From positions 3,584 through 55,444 of the forward strand of contig PS015130.1 in assembly GCA_048213135.1 (NCBI GenBank): 51,861 bases of DNA. The letters are read 5' to 3'. The notes under the pieces are model-generated. The model searched no databases. It was not told where the DNA came from and saw only the letters and a program-made list of their open reading frames with translations. The stretch comes from Reclinomonas americana ATCC 50394 (taxonomy: Eukaryota). Each line of letters opens with the position of its first letter. Position 1 is the stretch's first letter. Both the position numbers and the translations under genes were made by a program. This document shows positions 37,102 through 51,000 of this stretch, piece after piece.

Positions 37102-40100
37102 ATGATGGATCAAGACGTGCATTCTCATCCTCATCATCACCGCTCGACCTCTTCAGCGTCCTCTTCGTCCATTGAAAGCGATCGCCCGTCGTCGCCGACC
37201 TCATCCTCCTCAGCCTCCTCTGCGGGTGGAGTGACCACACTGACCACTGCTGCCATGAATGGAGGTGGAGCAGCGGCAGCAGCTGGGAGGAAGGCATTGA
37301 TGCAACAACAACAACAACAGCAGCAGCAGCGCAGTGGTGCAGGTGGATTGCCGCACTTCCCTGCTGAGCTGTGGATCGAGGTGTGCCGGCACCTGACGCT
37401 GGCCGAGTTCTCACAGCTGTGGCGCGTCAGGTCGGTGTTGTGTCTTTCCGCGTGGGTGATAATCACTCGTTGTTGACCTTCTCTCCTCCTCTCCCCNNNN
37501 NNNNNNNNNNNNNNNNNNNNNNNNNNNNNNNNNNNNNNNNNNNNNNNNNNNNNNNNNNNNNNNNNNNNNNNNNNNNNNNNNNNNNNNNNNNNNNNNNNNN
37601 NNNNNNNNNNNNNNNNATCTTGATGCAGTCGCTCGTTCTGCTCGTATGCAGAGGCGGGGCTGGTGGAGGCCACGGGCGTGCCGCTGGACCGAGCGCATCG
37701 GCTGTCGCACTGCTTTCCGCATCTCCGCTTGGCACAGTTGACAGCTCCCACACCGCCGCCACCACCGGTGCCGCAGGGTGCTACGGCGGCCGCGGCCGCT
37801 GCTGCAGCTGCGGCGGTGGCTGCAGCGGCTGCGACCACTGGCACGCAGGAGGTGGAGATGGAGGCGGTGCCACTGGAGGGCGCGAGAAGTGTCACTGCTG
37901 CTGCTGCCTCTGCTTCCGACGACCTTGGCACGCCGGATGAGGACGTGGAGGCCGATGCGAGTATGGTGGAGGCTGTGCGAGATGATGCTGGCACTGCAGC
38001 AGCAGTGGCGGCTGCAGCAGCGGCTGCTGCGGCGGCTGTGGCTGGGCGCGGAGAGGGTGTGGACATGGCGAGTGTGGACGCGGCCGAGGCACATCGCCTG
38101 CGCCGACAAAGGCGGCGTGAACTGGCTGAGCAGGCTCGCACCCTTCGTCGCACGGTGTTGGACGCCTCACGGCTACCCCGCCGGCTCCACTCGCTGGATG
38201 CTTCCAAGGCCAGCACGCTGACACGAGTGGTGCGTATTGCTTTTTCTTGCTCTCCCTCACACCCGCGATTTCCATTTTTAGTGAGCTCAACTATTATTCA
38301 TCACGTGTGTAGGTCGGCGACCTCCCATCAGGCATCGTCACGCTCAACCTGTCGTCGACGCTACTGGCGCGCCTGCCCAACCTGCGACCATGTTTGCAGT
38401 CGCTCAAGAATCTGTACATGAGCAACACGCCGCTGGCCCGAACCGAAGACATTCTGCTGGCGCTCATTGCTGGCGAATGGGAGCCGCGCAACCGGCAGCC
38501 GACGCGGGCCGTCAGCAGCGCAGGCGACGTGAGCCCCGCCATCATGGAGGCGGCCAGTGCGACTTCGAGCACAGCGATGAGCATGGTGCCTTTGAGACAG
38601 ACTCCAGTACCGACGGCACTTCGAGTGGCGGCCCTGCGTGCACTCCCACGGCGACAGCGTCCTGCTTTTGAACAGGTGCGTTCTCACGTTTCTTTTTCGG
38701 TGTTTTCCTGTGTGTTGGTGTGCACATGTCCGTGCTCACACCGTGTCGGCGGTCAGGTGCTGCATGTGTTGGAGGCGCAACCGGCGGAGCCAGCAGAAGT
38801 TGTCGGTGCAGCTCTGGAGGTAGCAGAGGAGATCTTGCGCTTGGGTGGGTGCTGATTGCGTGTGGTCGACTGTGTGTGTGCTTGTGTTTGTTCACCGCCT
38901 GCTCGTTTCACAGATACGACCTCATGTCGCCAGTTTGGTGGTCAACGGGGTGTGGAGTTGTGCATGGGAGTTCTCGAGCGGTATGCGTCGGACGCGGAAG
39001 TGTGTGGTCTGGCAGCTGCTTGCCTGGCCAATGCCATGCGTATCGACGGTGAATCTCACGAAAACCGTGTGCGTGAAATGTGTCACACTGTGTTCTCACG
39101 TACTTGTCGACAGAGAATCGTCGGCGGTTTGCTGACGTGGACGGCATGGTACGGTGTTGTCACTGTCACTGCTGCGGATGATTGTGTTGTCTCATGCGGC
39201 CGCTTGTGTATGTGCAGCCCTCGCTGACAGCATTCATCTCCCGCCATTGCAACTGCGAGACGAAGGCCATGTTCTATGCCTGCATGGCGGTGGCGAACGC
39301 TCTCATTGACACGGATACGCCGAATCGGCTGCGTTTTGTCAATGTCAACGGCCTTGACCAATTGCAGCGGGTGATGAAGAAGCATATTGGCGACGCGGTG
39401 AGTGTGTGTGTTCGGTCTGGTGCATCTCGTCGTTGAGAAAGTGGCTTTCACGCTCATCTCGCTCGTGTCTGTTGCGTGTACACAGGACACAATGTTCGAG
39501 GCCTGCCGAGCCACTCTGAATGCCCTCGCAGGTACATTGTATGATGTCAGCAGAGTGGTGGACACCGACATGTGTGTGCTCACACGCATCACTGCAGGCA
39601 ATGCGGACAATCAGAGGCAGTGGGGTGAACTCGGTGGCATCAAAACGCTCATCGAGGTCATGGAGCGGCTTCCCGACTCGGCCGCCGTCGCACGCGAGGC
39701 TGCGTGGGTGCTCACGTATGCCATGTACGCCTCCAAGGACAACCGTGAGCGCCTCTCCAAGGCCGACGGTATTCCCACACTCGTTCGCGCAATGGTGAGT
39801 CGAGAAGCTGCCTGTCCTTCTTTTTGCGTCCCCCCGTTTTGGACCAATCTCTCACCCGCACTTGCCTTTTTTGCCCATCGGACTCTTGCAGGCACGGCAC
39901 TTGCGAGATGCGACAGTGGAACGCTACGTCTGCTGGTCGGTGGCCACCGCCATGCACGGTACGGCTCCGCATCTGGTGCACACTGCACGTGTTTTCGGTG
40001 TTGTTGCTGATCCAGTGTTGTGCAGAATTCCCGCGAAATCAAGTGGAGTTCCGACAGAGCGATGGCCTGCGGGCACTCGTCGATGTGCTCCACGAGCACT

Positions 40101-41371
40101 ACCTGAACCACGAAGTGATGCGATATGCCTGCGATGCGGCGTTTTGTGCCATGGCTGTTGCGCTCGCTCACTCTCTCTCCACTTTTGTATGCCGATTCAC
40201 TCACTGATGTACGTACCTTGTACTGCTTTGTTCCTCAGGCGTGCCCCGAGAACCAAGCAATGTTTGGCGAGGTGTGATTGGTGTCTGTTTCTTCTGTGCG
40301 TTTTTGTGCTGGTTGACTCAAATACCCGATTTTTCTCGTGCAGTTGGGCGGCGTCGCAGCCCTCGTTCCCGTATTCCAGCAGCACACCGGCAACGTGTTG
40401 ACCATGCAGCACGCGTGTTTGGCAGCATCGGCTGCTCTCGACTGTTGCGTCTCACGCACTGTTGTGATTCCATTTTTGGGGGTGGTCATGTTCACCATTA
40501 TCTAATTCGCACCCCAAACAGGCAACCTGGCCAACGGAACACGCATGTGTGAATCGCGGGGACTGCGTATGCTGGTCCTTGTGCTTCACTACCAGATTGG
40601 CAGTGCTGAAGTCATGCGCTTCGCCTGTGCTGCGATCGCCAACGTCACTGGAGGTGCTGTCGTTTTTTTGCGCGTGTCTCAATATTCACTCCGTCTCTCA
40701 CTCATATATCTCCGCGCACGTGCAGATTCACCTACCGCGCGCGCGCTCTTGCGTGACGCTGGAGGCATGGGTGCTCTTGTCAATGTTATGCGAAACCACC
40801 CCGACAGTGTTCACGTGGCGGCGCAGGCGTGCCGTGCGGCTTGGAATGCAATGCATGATGGTGCGTCAGCTAGTGCTCTGTATCGCCATTCGCACTCTCC
40901 TCTCCTCCTGGCTCACCCAGAAGCTTGTCCGTCCGTGTGACAGATCCCGCAAACCAGGCACTCTTTGGTGATGCTGGCGGCATGACTGTTGCGTGCACAC
41001 TCGTGCCTTGTCCTTGGAAAATGGCAGCTGCTGACTTGTTTTTATTCGTATACAGGCGCTGGTTGACATTGTGAGGAAGCATTACGATCAGGCGCCACTG
41101 ATTTGCGAGGCCATGTGGGCTGCCTACTATGCCATGGATGGTATGTGTGTGTGTGTGTGTCCGCCTGTTGGGTGTGCCAAAAAGAAACGAAACGGCTTGC
41201 TCAATACGGTGGTGTCTCGCAGGCAACGAGTCGAACCGCAAATCTCTGGTCAGCTGCGATGGCTTGGCGGTGCTGGCTGAGGTGCTCACCCGCTACTCCA
41301 CGCGCGACCACGTGCATCGACCTGCCAGTATGGCGGCGGAGTTGGCGTCGAAGCGTTGCGTCTCGGTCTGA
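37102..41371 (+). CDS. F-box / LRR / Armadillo-repeat protein
   Basis: F-box LPHFPAELWIEVCRHL. LRR-like LHSLDAS, IVTLNLS, LKNLYMSNT. Several ARM repeats, e.g. GGIKTLIEVMERLPDSAAVAREAAWVL and GGMGALVNVMRNHPDSVHVAAQACRAAWN. Confidence 0.85.
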
Positions 41372-41512
41372 AGATGCGCAGTACAGGGGCGGTTTGAACT
41401 CACCTGCTATATTATTACCCATGACGCAGACTGCCCCGAGACCTGGGCTGCGATTCGACCGCCCCACATGCTGCCGAGACCATGAGTGCGCCTTCTCCAC
41501 CCTTGTTAGCTA

Positions 41513-41543
<31 letters not shown>

Positions 41544-41829
41544 GCGTTTGCGTTAGATGCCCGTTTTGCGAGCGTGTGTACGTGTGCCATCTGTATCTGT
41601 GCGCCGTGCACCGCTGTCACCCACCACCACCGCCACCGGTAACCCTCCCCCCCACGTTGTTTGCTGTTTTTGCTTTGTACATGAGACGAGACAAGACTTC
41701 AAGTGAATCCATCCTTGATGCACACAAGAGAGAGAATAGACGGGAACTGGCTGCCGCAACGCCTCGGGAAAGCAGCATCGACGCTTGTCCCTTGTCCACA
41801 CACTTTGTCTTCTCCTATCATCGGAGGAA

Positions 41830-44800
41830 ATGCGTCTCCTCCTCCTCCTCCTTCTCCTCTCGTCCGCGCTGGGCACTGCACTGGCCTCGCACACCACTGC
41901 ACTCCCGCCTGTGCGCGTCTTCACACAGAACAACCAAGTGGTGCTGGAGAACGGCTTTGTGCATGTGGCCTTTTGCCTGCAGACTCCCGGCATTTGCAAT
42001 GTCGTCGCCGATGTGAATGGCACGGGCCACTTTGATGCGCGCCCGTCTCTGACACTGAGCTCGCCCACATTGGATCCGCTCGGCCTCAATCGTGTGGGCG
42101 TCTCGCTCGAGCGCATTGTCGCAAAATCATGGTCAATCATCAGAGTCAGTCAGCTGTGTTTTTTTCCGCCGAGCATTCACACTCACTGCTGTTCACAGGC
42201 TGGACTACCAGACGCGTGCCTCGTCTCGTGCGGCATCGCCCTCCCTGAAGTACACGATCGAATCCAACACCGACGCACTGGGACGGTCAGTTGTCGTTGT
42301 TTGTTGCGTTGCCTCGCAGGTGCTCATCCACGCTGCATGCATGCAGAGTGCACTTTACCGGCGTGGTAGACGACGCCACACAGCCGACCATCACCTCCGA
42401 GTGGGTTCTGTCGCTGGGTGCCGGGCAGCGGTTCTTTGAGCTCAAGGTCAGCGCCAGTGCGCTGGTAGCGCAGGAGACGGTGGCGGTGTACGTGTCGGTC
42501 TACTCGCCCAATCCGTCGGTGTACGGCCTCTTTGATCGCGGTCCGGTGCAGAGCATGTCGAGTCCGGCGCCGTTCTTTGCGTCGCGCGATGCTCTGCAGC
42601 GTGTGTACTCGATCGACTCCAACGTGCAGCAGAGCGGGTGCCCGGAGATTGTGGAGCCCAGCGGGCACTCGACCACCGTTCTGCTGAACAAGGTCTTGTG
42701 TGCGTCGCCTCTTTTGTGTGTGTGTGCGCGCGCGCGTGCCGCACTCATTCGATCGTCATCCCGAATGACAGCCGCCGACCACCAAGTGGTTCGGCAGCGG
42801 CGTGCAGCTGGTGTTGCTCGGCAACTACGGAGAGGGTTTCGACGACTGGTCCACTGGCTGGGTCAGTTGGCACGCGAAAGAAACCTACTGCCTTGCCCCG
42901 TTAGTGCTCTCACTGCTTTCTGCTCGCTGCAGAACGGCTCCTCGAACTCCACCATCCATGTCGGCGACTCGTGGAGTGTGTCGTTCAAGTATTACGCCTC
43001 GGATCGCCCGCTGCCGGCTTCGCGCCTGCCAGACACGAGTGACCCGCAGCAGAGTGGCGCGCTAAGCGACGAAATGCAGGCGCTCTACACCGGCATCTAC
43101 GCGTCGCCGGTCGGAGCGCTCGTCTCATACGTGCTGCCGCCGGCACGTGTGTCGCCCACCATCGCCACACCGAACCACGCGTACGGCGGACTGTACAACT
43201 TCTTTGTTGAGTGCACACTACTCTAGATCTTTCATACGTTTGCTCCGTGCTCGTGTGATTTACAGTGTCTCTCGGTGGCGCGCAGGACCCGGACTCGTTC
43301 TTCACCATCTCAGCGCTGCTGTATGCCGACGACCCGTACCTGGCTGACCAGTCGCAGCAGGTGCTCGAGACCAGTATCGCTCGTATCCTGCCCACCGGTC
43401 AGCTTCCGCACGTTGCGTCTTTGCCGATTGCAGCCGATTGCAGCTGTGGTGTGAGGGGGCTCATCGCGATGTATGTTGGTCGTGTTCTCGCCTCTCAGCA
43501 CTTCCACGACAAGGAACCCGTTTATGTTGCCATCTCGGGCGCGACACAGACCGGGCCGAACATGTTTTGGGCCTCAGCTGCACTGCTGTACGTGCGCGAG
43601 ACCGGCGACGTGTCGTGGCTGCGCTTGCGTATCAACCTGATTGACCGTGCCACCGACTTTGTCATGAACAACCTCGACAAGACGTTGGGACTGGTGAGGC
43701 TGGAGCAGTTGTCGTGGTGGTGCTTGGCGGTGGCCCGATGCAGAAACCTATTTGTGTCTGCTGTGTGTAGATCAGTGCCCCGGGACCACTGTGGATCGAT
43801 ACTTTCCGCCGCGAGCAGTTCACCTCCGACACCAACGCCTTTGCCGTTCGTCTGGCGCACGAACTTGCCGAGGCTCACGATTATCTCGGCAACACGGCAC
43901 GCGCGGCATCGTTGCGCGCCAATGCCACTCTTATTGCCACCTCCATGAATCAGCATCTGTGGGCCGGAGACCATTACATTACACAGCTCAACAAGGACGG
44001 ATCGACTCGCGACTTTGTCGACTACGACAGCAATCTGCTGGCCGTCGGGATCGGTGTGGCCACTCCAGATCGTGCCACTGCCATTTTGCACCGCATCGAC
44101 AACAGCACCTGCGGTCCCGCGTGGCCGACCTACGTCTCGGAGAAGTTCTACGGTCCGAAAGACTGCTACCTCGACAACATTGGTGACAGTGCGGTGACGA
44201 TGGCCCGCATAGCCTGGGCGGTGCGTGTCATTTTTTTCTGCGCGTCGCTTCCCCCCGGAACTGTGATGCTCACGGGCTATTTGTAGGAGGGAATCGCGCG
44301 ACGAGTCATGGGCGACATGAATACACTGCAGACGCGCATTCTCGATCGCTTCAGCAGCACCATCGTGCAGCAGACGTTGCGTTTCCTCGGCCGTTAATGT
44401 GTGATCGGCAGACGTCTCACCACATATATTTTGCCGTGCACAGGTGGCTGTATGAACGCTACACGTGCGACAACAAGCCGGCGCACAATCCGGTATGTGC
44501 ATGTGTGCGTCTTGTGTTGCAATCGTCGTGACTCACACGTGGACGGGTGTACAGTTCTTTATCGAGTATCCGGAGGTTCGCACACTGTCAATGGCAATGA
44601 TGCTTTGCAGATGTAGTTGACGATTCGTACTTGCTTGCAGGCCTATGCGATGCTTCTCCGTGAGGCCAAGTACGGCATTCGGCTCGATTTTGGTGGCATC
44701 ACCGTGGCACCGCTCTTCGACAGCGATTCGTGGAGCTACGACATGGGCACTCTGCATGTGTACCATTATCGCAAAGATCGCATCTGCATCACCACGGGCG

Positions 44801-44967
44801 TGCAGGGTTACGCACAGGCGCGCTACGTGCTGACCAGTGCGGTGCCGAATGCGCGATACCGCGTCGACGCCACCAACCAGGTGGTAGTGGCCGACGCCAG
44901 TGGGAGACTCAACTTCGTGGCTCCCATGTTGCCGCAGACAGCAGTGTGTGCCGTCTTCCAGGCGTAA
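41830..44967 (+). CDS. Secreted glycosidase-like protein (probable (alpha/alpha)6 six-hairpin fold)
   Basis: Signal peptide [15 protein letters not shown], then YNFFDPDSF, FWASAALLYVRETGDVSWL, GPLWIDTFRR, SDTNA, MNQHLW and DFVDYDSNLLAV. Family not determined. Confidence 0.65.
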
Positions 44968-45033
44968 AGTGAGTGGCCAGCACCGGCGAGTAAACAGTCG
45001 CATTCACTTTTTTCTTTATTCCTCCCACACCCA

Positions 45034-48000
45034 TTATAGTATTCCCGGATGAGCACAACTAACTGCCTTGTTTAAAGCCTCTACAATGTCCATTGCCTGC
45101 CACAACCGAACAGAGTGAGTAGTATTCTCCAGCAACCAACTTATGCAGGCAGGTGACAGACAGCAGCACAGACCTCCCTCTCCGACGGCGCGAAAAATAC
45201 ACACGAATAGTCGGGTTTCCGCCGTTCCACCATGAACCCGCTGCCCTGCAAGATGCCTGCACTCACACAATGAGCGACAGATGTGACGTGCACGCTGTCC
45301 CACACTAGCTCCCACGGACCAGCACGCATGTCGTCTGGAATCACTCGCGATGCCGCCAAAGGCACACCGTTGAGCATGAGTGGAACGACATCGTTCTTGC
45401 GACGAGAGCCAATGCTGAAACGCCTAAAATCGCGGCTCACCACCAGCACTGCAAGTTGAACGTACGCACACGCGTTTCACGTCATGGACAGTAGAGGGAC
45501 AGCAACAAATGAAAAAATACGTGCACCAACCGTCGCTAAAGAGAATCAGTGTGGCTGGCTTGGTCTGCGTCTGCACATTGGCCTTTTGCCGTGCAGCCAC
45601 TTTCTCCACTGTGAACTGGTGGAGCAGGCGGCGAGATGGTACATCGGCCGTCATACCCAGCTGCTCCTGCATCTCCTGCACCTTCAGTCGGTTGTCGAAC
45701 TCGCTGCGCACGAGGGGGGAGTCAGAAGAGAGACAAGCACTCCGTCGCACAGCAGCAGTAACGCACTCTTTCCTCTGGTCGACATTGTGTGCAATGGTGC
45801 GCAGCACATCGAGTGCCGACGTGATCATTTCCACTTCGTCGTCCTCCTGCAACACCTCGGCCGAACCGCCGCCAAACTGCGCCACCGGTCTGTACGTACG
45901 CAGTCCTCGTGGAGTGTAATCCAGAACCGTCTGGGACACGGCATGCATGTCATCCAAATGAGACGAGAGAGAGAGACAGAAGCAAGGTACAAACCTGCAC
46001 GAGCAACGTGTATCGCGCGATGCGCTGAATCGGCTTGATCAGCTGCGTGCACGCCGTCCGTGTGAGTCTTGCACAAGGGAGACAAACGAGTGCACTTGAA
46101 TGGTGAGAGCCCACAAACCTGCGCCTCAATATCGAGGCCCTTGCTCAGCGGATGTCGACGCGCCGCATCCAGAATCTCCGAGAACCCAGGTCGCTCCTTG
46201 GCCAGCTTGAGGAACAACGATACAATGTTGGCATGATGCTGCGCGTAGGTCACATACAGCCTGTGCACCAACACAGTTAAGGAACACGGAGAGAAGAGAG
46301 AAGGGAATGCGTGGACGTCAGGCACACCTCAGCGGCTGCACGTGCTGCAACAGAATGTAGCCGAGCGGGAGCTCGCGGTTGACCTCCCACCAGTCGTCTG
46401 GCTGCATGGTCGCCGACTCGGTTCGCGCGCGATCGAGTGCTGGATTGAGTACAGCCTGCAGTGCCTCCAGCAGCGACAACTGGCGCGGATTCGATATGGA
46501 AGTCGACGCGCTCGGAGGACTGCCAGTCGGCGAACCGACGCTTGACGATGGCGACGATGTGTGTCGCGACGACGACGACGGTGAGCCGAGAGAGCGAGGC
46601 GGGGACGAGGGAGATGCACCACCATCGGCAATACTTCGCAGAATGCTGCAGAGACCAGTCAAGCAGCTATAAGAGGCGACAGCGCAACGACATGCGCACA
46701 GACCTCGAGGTGATGGAAGGAGGTGCCGGGTGCAAGCGACGAATGAGCTGCATAATAATACCCCATACAGCACAAATCAGACACTTCGACAAATCACATG
46801 GTTTCCCCGGCACAATCGCAACGTTGATCTCGTTGAAGAGTGACGCCAGGACGCGGTCGGGGATGCGCAAAGATGCCTGTTGTTCGCGAATCGGCTGCTC
46901 GTACAACGCGTGGATCTGTGGGAACGCACAATCGCGCAGTCGGTCTCCGGTCACTGCCTAAGTACGCACACTGACGGGTACAAACCACTTCCAGTGCGGT
47001 CACATACTCGGCCTCCGTTGTCACAATCTCGCGAATGATCTGCGGGTGTGACAGCATTTTTCAGCGATGCACATGATCAGAGAGGATCGAGGACACGCAC
47101 ACGCACGCACCTTGGTTCGTCTCTCCAACTTGGGCACCAGTGCTGCCACAGCGTCGGCCGCAATGTCGCGTTCATTGGCCCGCGTGAAGGCCTCGACATC
47201 GGAAATGGTGTAAAACATGGCACTCGCATGTTGCACCCTGTCACGAGACATGGACGCACAGTCAGTCTGACAGATGGACGACGGTCACCATAAGATGTTC
47301 AGCCGCACCACTGCATCATGTTGTTGAACAGACGGTCGGCGGTGACGTCGGCCAAGTGGTGTGCGTGGTCTAGAATGAGTTGGCGCAGCTGCAGAACTGC
47401 GTCCGCAAAGTCTGGATTCGGCACTTGGCGAGTGGAGGCACCGGCCATTGGTCGCGCGACGCTGTCCAGGGACGACTCCGACACCGTGGCCTGCATGCCA
47501 AAGGACGAATGAGAAACGAGATGCACGATGGCCAATTAGGCACAGAGATGGCGCACCGGTGGCACGAGAACCAGCGTGTTCTGGTCGATGCGCAGGAACT
47601 CGTCTAGGTTGTCAAACTGCTGTTCGTGAGCAGAGGCCGTCAACAGGCCTTGCATTCGACTGCGCCAGCGAAGCACCGTCGCTTCCTCGTCAGGAGACGG
47701 CACGTCGCGCAACACAAAGATGATGCGTGGCGGCTCCGCCCGCATGCGAGTCTGTGCGCTCAAAACAATGAGACACCTTCCAACCTGAGCTGCACACCCG
47801 TATCAGCGCGTACCTGATTAACAGCAAACACACATGCGTCGCAGAGTCCTTGCAGCGAGGCGCGTTCTCGACCATTGAACAGCACGACGTTGGAGCACGA
47901 CAACGACAGAATGGTTAGTCGCTGATCAAAGGCCGACATGCTGCAGTAGAATTCACTAAGATGAGCCACAAACTATGCAGCAGGTACCTGCGCGCACGCA

Positions 48001-51000
48001 ATCACACACCTCAAACCGGGCACGCCAGATGCACTAATGTTAGTGTCGCCCACTCGCAAACCCTCCGTGTCAATCAACAAAATATCGGTAGCGCCCGGCG
48101 TAGGACCTCGCTTGTACGACAAGAAGATGCCGCGTGTTTGGCGATCTGCGTGGCAACTGATGAGTATCATCCACGGTGTCATCTTGCGCCGACAAAAGAG
48201 CACACACTCACGAGTGGAGACGCGGAACTCGGAGCCAAACAGCGCATTCAAGAGCGTCGATCTGCGGTCGCACATGAGGGTAAGTCGGAAGACGGCAACA
48301 GTAAAAGTCAACGCTCCGCACGCAACTTGCCGGACTGCCGCGGACCCACCACCGTGACGACCAGCAGCTTACCAGCGTTCTGCTGACTGCCCGACAGATG
48401 CTCCAACGCACGACCGACAAACTGCACAAACCGTGTGAGCGGGGAGTGCGTAACTTGAGTAAAGCGTGCAACTTGCCACGCCGCCTCACCTCACGATCCA
48501 GCTGCAGAAACTCCTCGTTGACCAATTGCATTGGTGCGCCTCCGGCGATCCACTGGCTGTACCGATCGACGAGGACGTCAGACTGCGGACGCAGTGTGAG
48601 TACCACGCAGAATTATAGACTGGCCAGTGAAAGTCGCGCGCGTACCGAAAGCAGCGTGCCAATAGAGGGAACACGGCCGCGCCGCATGGCGTCCATGGCT
48701 ATCAACTCCGCAAAGAAGTGGTCCACAGTAATGTCGATTTCATCGCGCCGATATCTCCATCTCACAAGCATGTCGCGCGCAGCTTGCAACTGCTGGGCGA
48801 TATCGGTCTGGGAACTACGGCGACGGGCCTGTCGATCCATCAACGAAGCGACTGAGCTGGGTAGAAAGGGAACGCACACACAATTTACAAGCACATTCAC
48901 GCACCTGTAGCTGTGCCTCCAGAGCCATTTCGTGTCGCGCAATGTGCCCGTCCACATCCTTCAACTTGGTACCCTTCCACTCCTCTAGCTTGCGTTCAAA
49001 CTCACGCACCGCATCGAGGTCCTGTGATGACGACAGTCACACATGAGCAACCGCAATCAGGGGGGCAAACACAACGACACACACCCCTGCCGTCAACAGC
49101 TCGGAGAACAGTCGGACAATGGCGGTGGGCCCGGACGGAATGACCATGGGCTCAGCCGACGATGCTGACGCGTGCGCCACATCGTACACCGACTCCACAG
49201 AGTCAGCCGCCGGTCCATCTACTCGCGACTTGTTCTGATCGCAAAAAAAAATGAGTTGCCAAACGCGTCCCGACGCACAATACATACACACAACAGCTTA
49301 CCTGCATGACCCATTTGCTGTGCACCTTGATGTGCGGGAACAGGTTAGATCGGAAGAGGCCGTCGGCGATGCGCACCTGCGCCAGCAGCTCCGGTGTCCG
49401 ACTGCTGGCGGTGAAAAATGCTGGCGTCGGCAGCGATAATGCGTACGGACCCTCCCGCTGCAGCGGTTCCAGATCCGACACCTGCACACAATCGGTCTGT
49501 GAGCAGCGCGTACGCAGAGAGAACGTGAGAGAGTGAAACGTGTGGCACACCAGACGAGCAAATGACGCGAGCGGATGAAGTGAGCGTGAGCCCGCAGCCG
49601 CACTGCCGGAAACATGCAAACTCTCGTCCAGTGCCTCGAAGAAAGTGCGCGCGAGCGGGGCCATCTCTGCCTGTCGCTCGGTACCTCGCAAAGCTCGGAG
49701 CGACGCCGACACCGTAATGGCGTGCAGTCGACGCCGCAACGGAGCCGCCAACACCCGCAGCACCGAGTCAACAGTCTGCTGGTGCACAGCGTCGTCGTAA
49801 TCGTGCCAGATGAAAAAGACACGCACGCGTCGCGGCAACGCCTGCAGCAGCTGCTGCAGCTCCTTGTCGGCCATTTGTGCCGCAGATGTAAAGTCGTTGG
49901 CGGTCACGTGCACCAGCACACCGGCAGCCAATCTGCCGAGTCGGTACGCCAACGCCTCCAATCCTATCAGCCGGACAACAAAAAAACAAGACGCAAACGT
50001 GAGCGACAATGTGCGTGATGATCATGGGAGGGCGGGTGGGCGGACAAGCACACCTCCGTGAACAGAACCGTGAAAGTCGGCCATATGGAGAGTCTGCGTG
50101 CCGGAGGAGCCGAGTGACAGTTGCACGCTGCGAAACAGCATTCGCTCAGCAACAAATGCATTGAAGAACAGGGGAGGCGACATGAATGAATACCTTGGCG
50201 CATGAAGCGCCGAGTTGATATTGGTGTCGAATGCAGTGCACGGTCCCAGGTTGAGCAGGCTGTTCAGGAACGCCGACTTTCCGATGCCAGTCGTGCTGTC
50301 CGAGCCGAAGGACACAAACAGAGGCAGACCGGCGCGGAGTGGCATAGACAATGCACCATGCAGTGAACGCAGCGGCACACGGACCGATGGCGGCTGCAGG
50401 CCTGTACCAAGCATTAGCTGCACGCACAGAGAGGACTTTCGCGCAATGCCATGCGGAGCTGCGAACGAACCCGGTGAATCCTCAGTGGTGACCGAGAGTG
50501 CGGGGAACGCAAGTGGCAGCGGCATGCGCAACCGCGCCATCAGCGAATACACGCGTCCGTGATCTGACTGCGACGCCGATGTGAGGATGCCGACAGCGAC
50601 CTCCAGAAGCGAGATCTCGCGCGGCATAAGTGTCTGCGCGTTCTCCACGGCGAAGCGATCGAGCTCGGCATGCAGCGTGGCCATCACCTCGGTCCACGGC
50701 ACCGATCGCTGCAGCGTGTGCACGAGCACCGGCGTGAGAGCACGAATGAGACCGCATCCCATCGGCTTGCCGCTCTTGTAGGCGGCAGCCACCTGCATTT
50801 GGAGGTGTCAGAAACACTGCACAACACACACACATGAAAAAGCCGCGCGCACACGCAACAATGTCACTGGTGAGAACTGGCGGGTCAATGTCGAGGAACA
50901 TGAGCGGCGACAATGGTTCCACGCGCTGCACGCCTTGAACGCCGTTGAGAATCAACTGGAGAACCTCCAGCTGCTCGGCTGTGGGAGTGAGCAAACAGCG

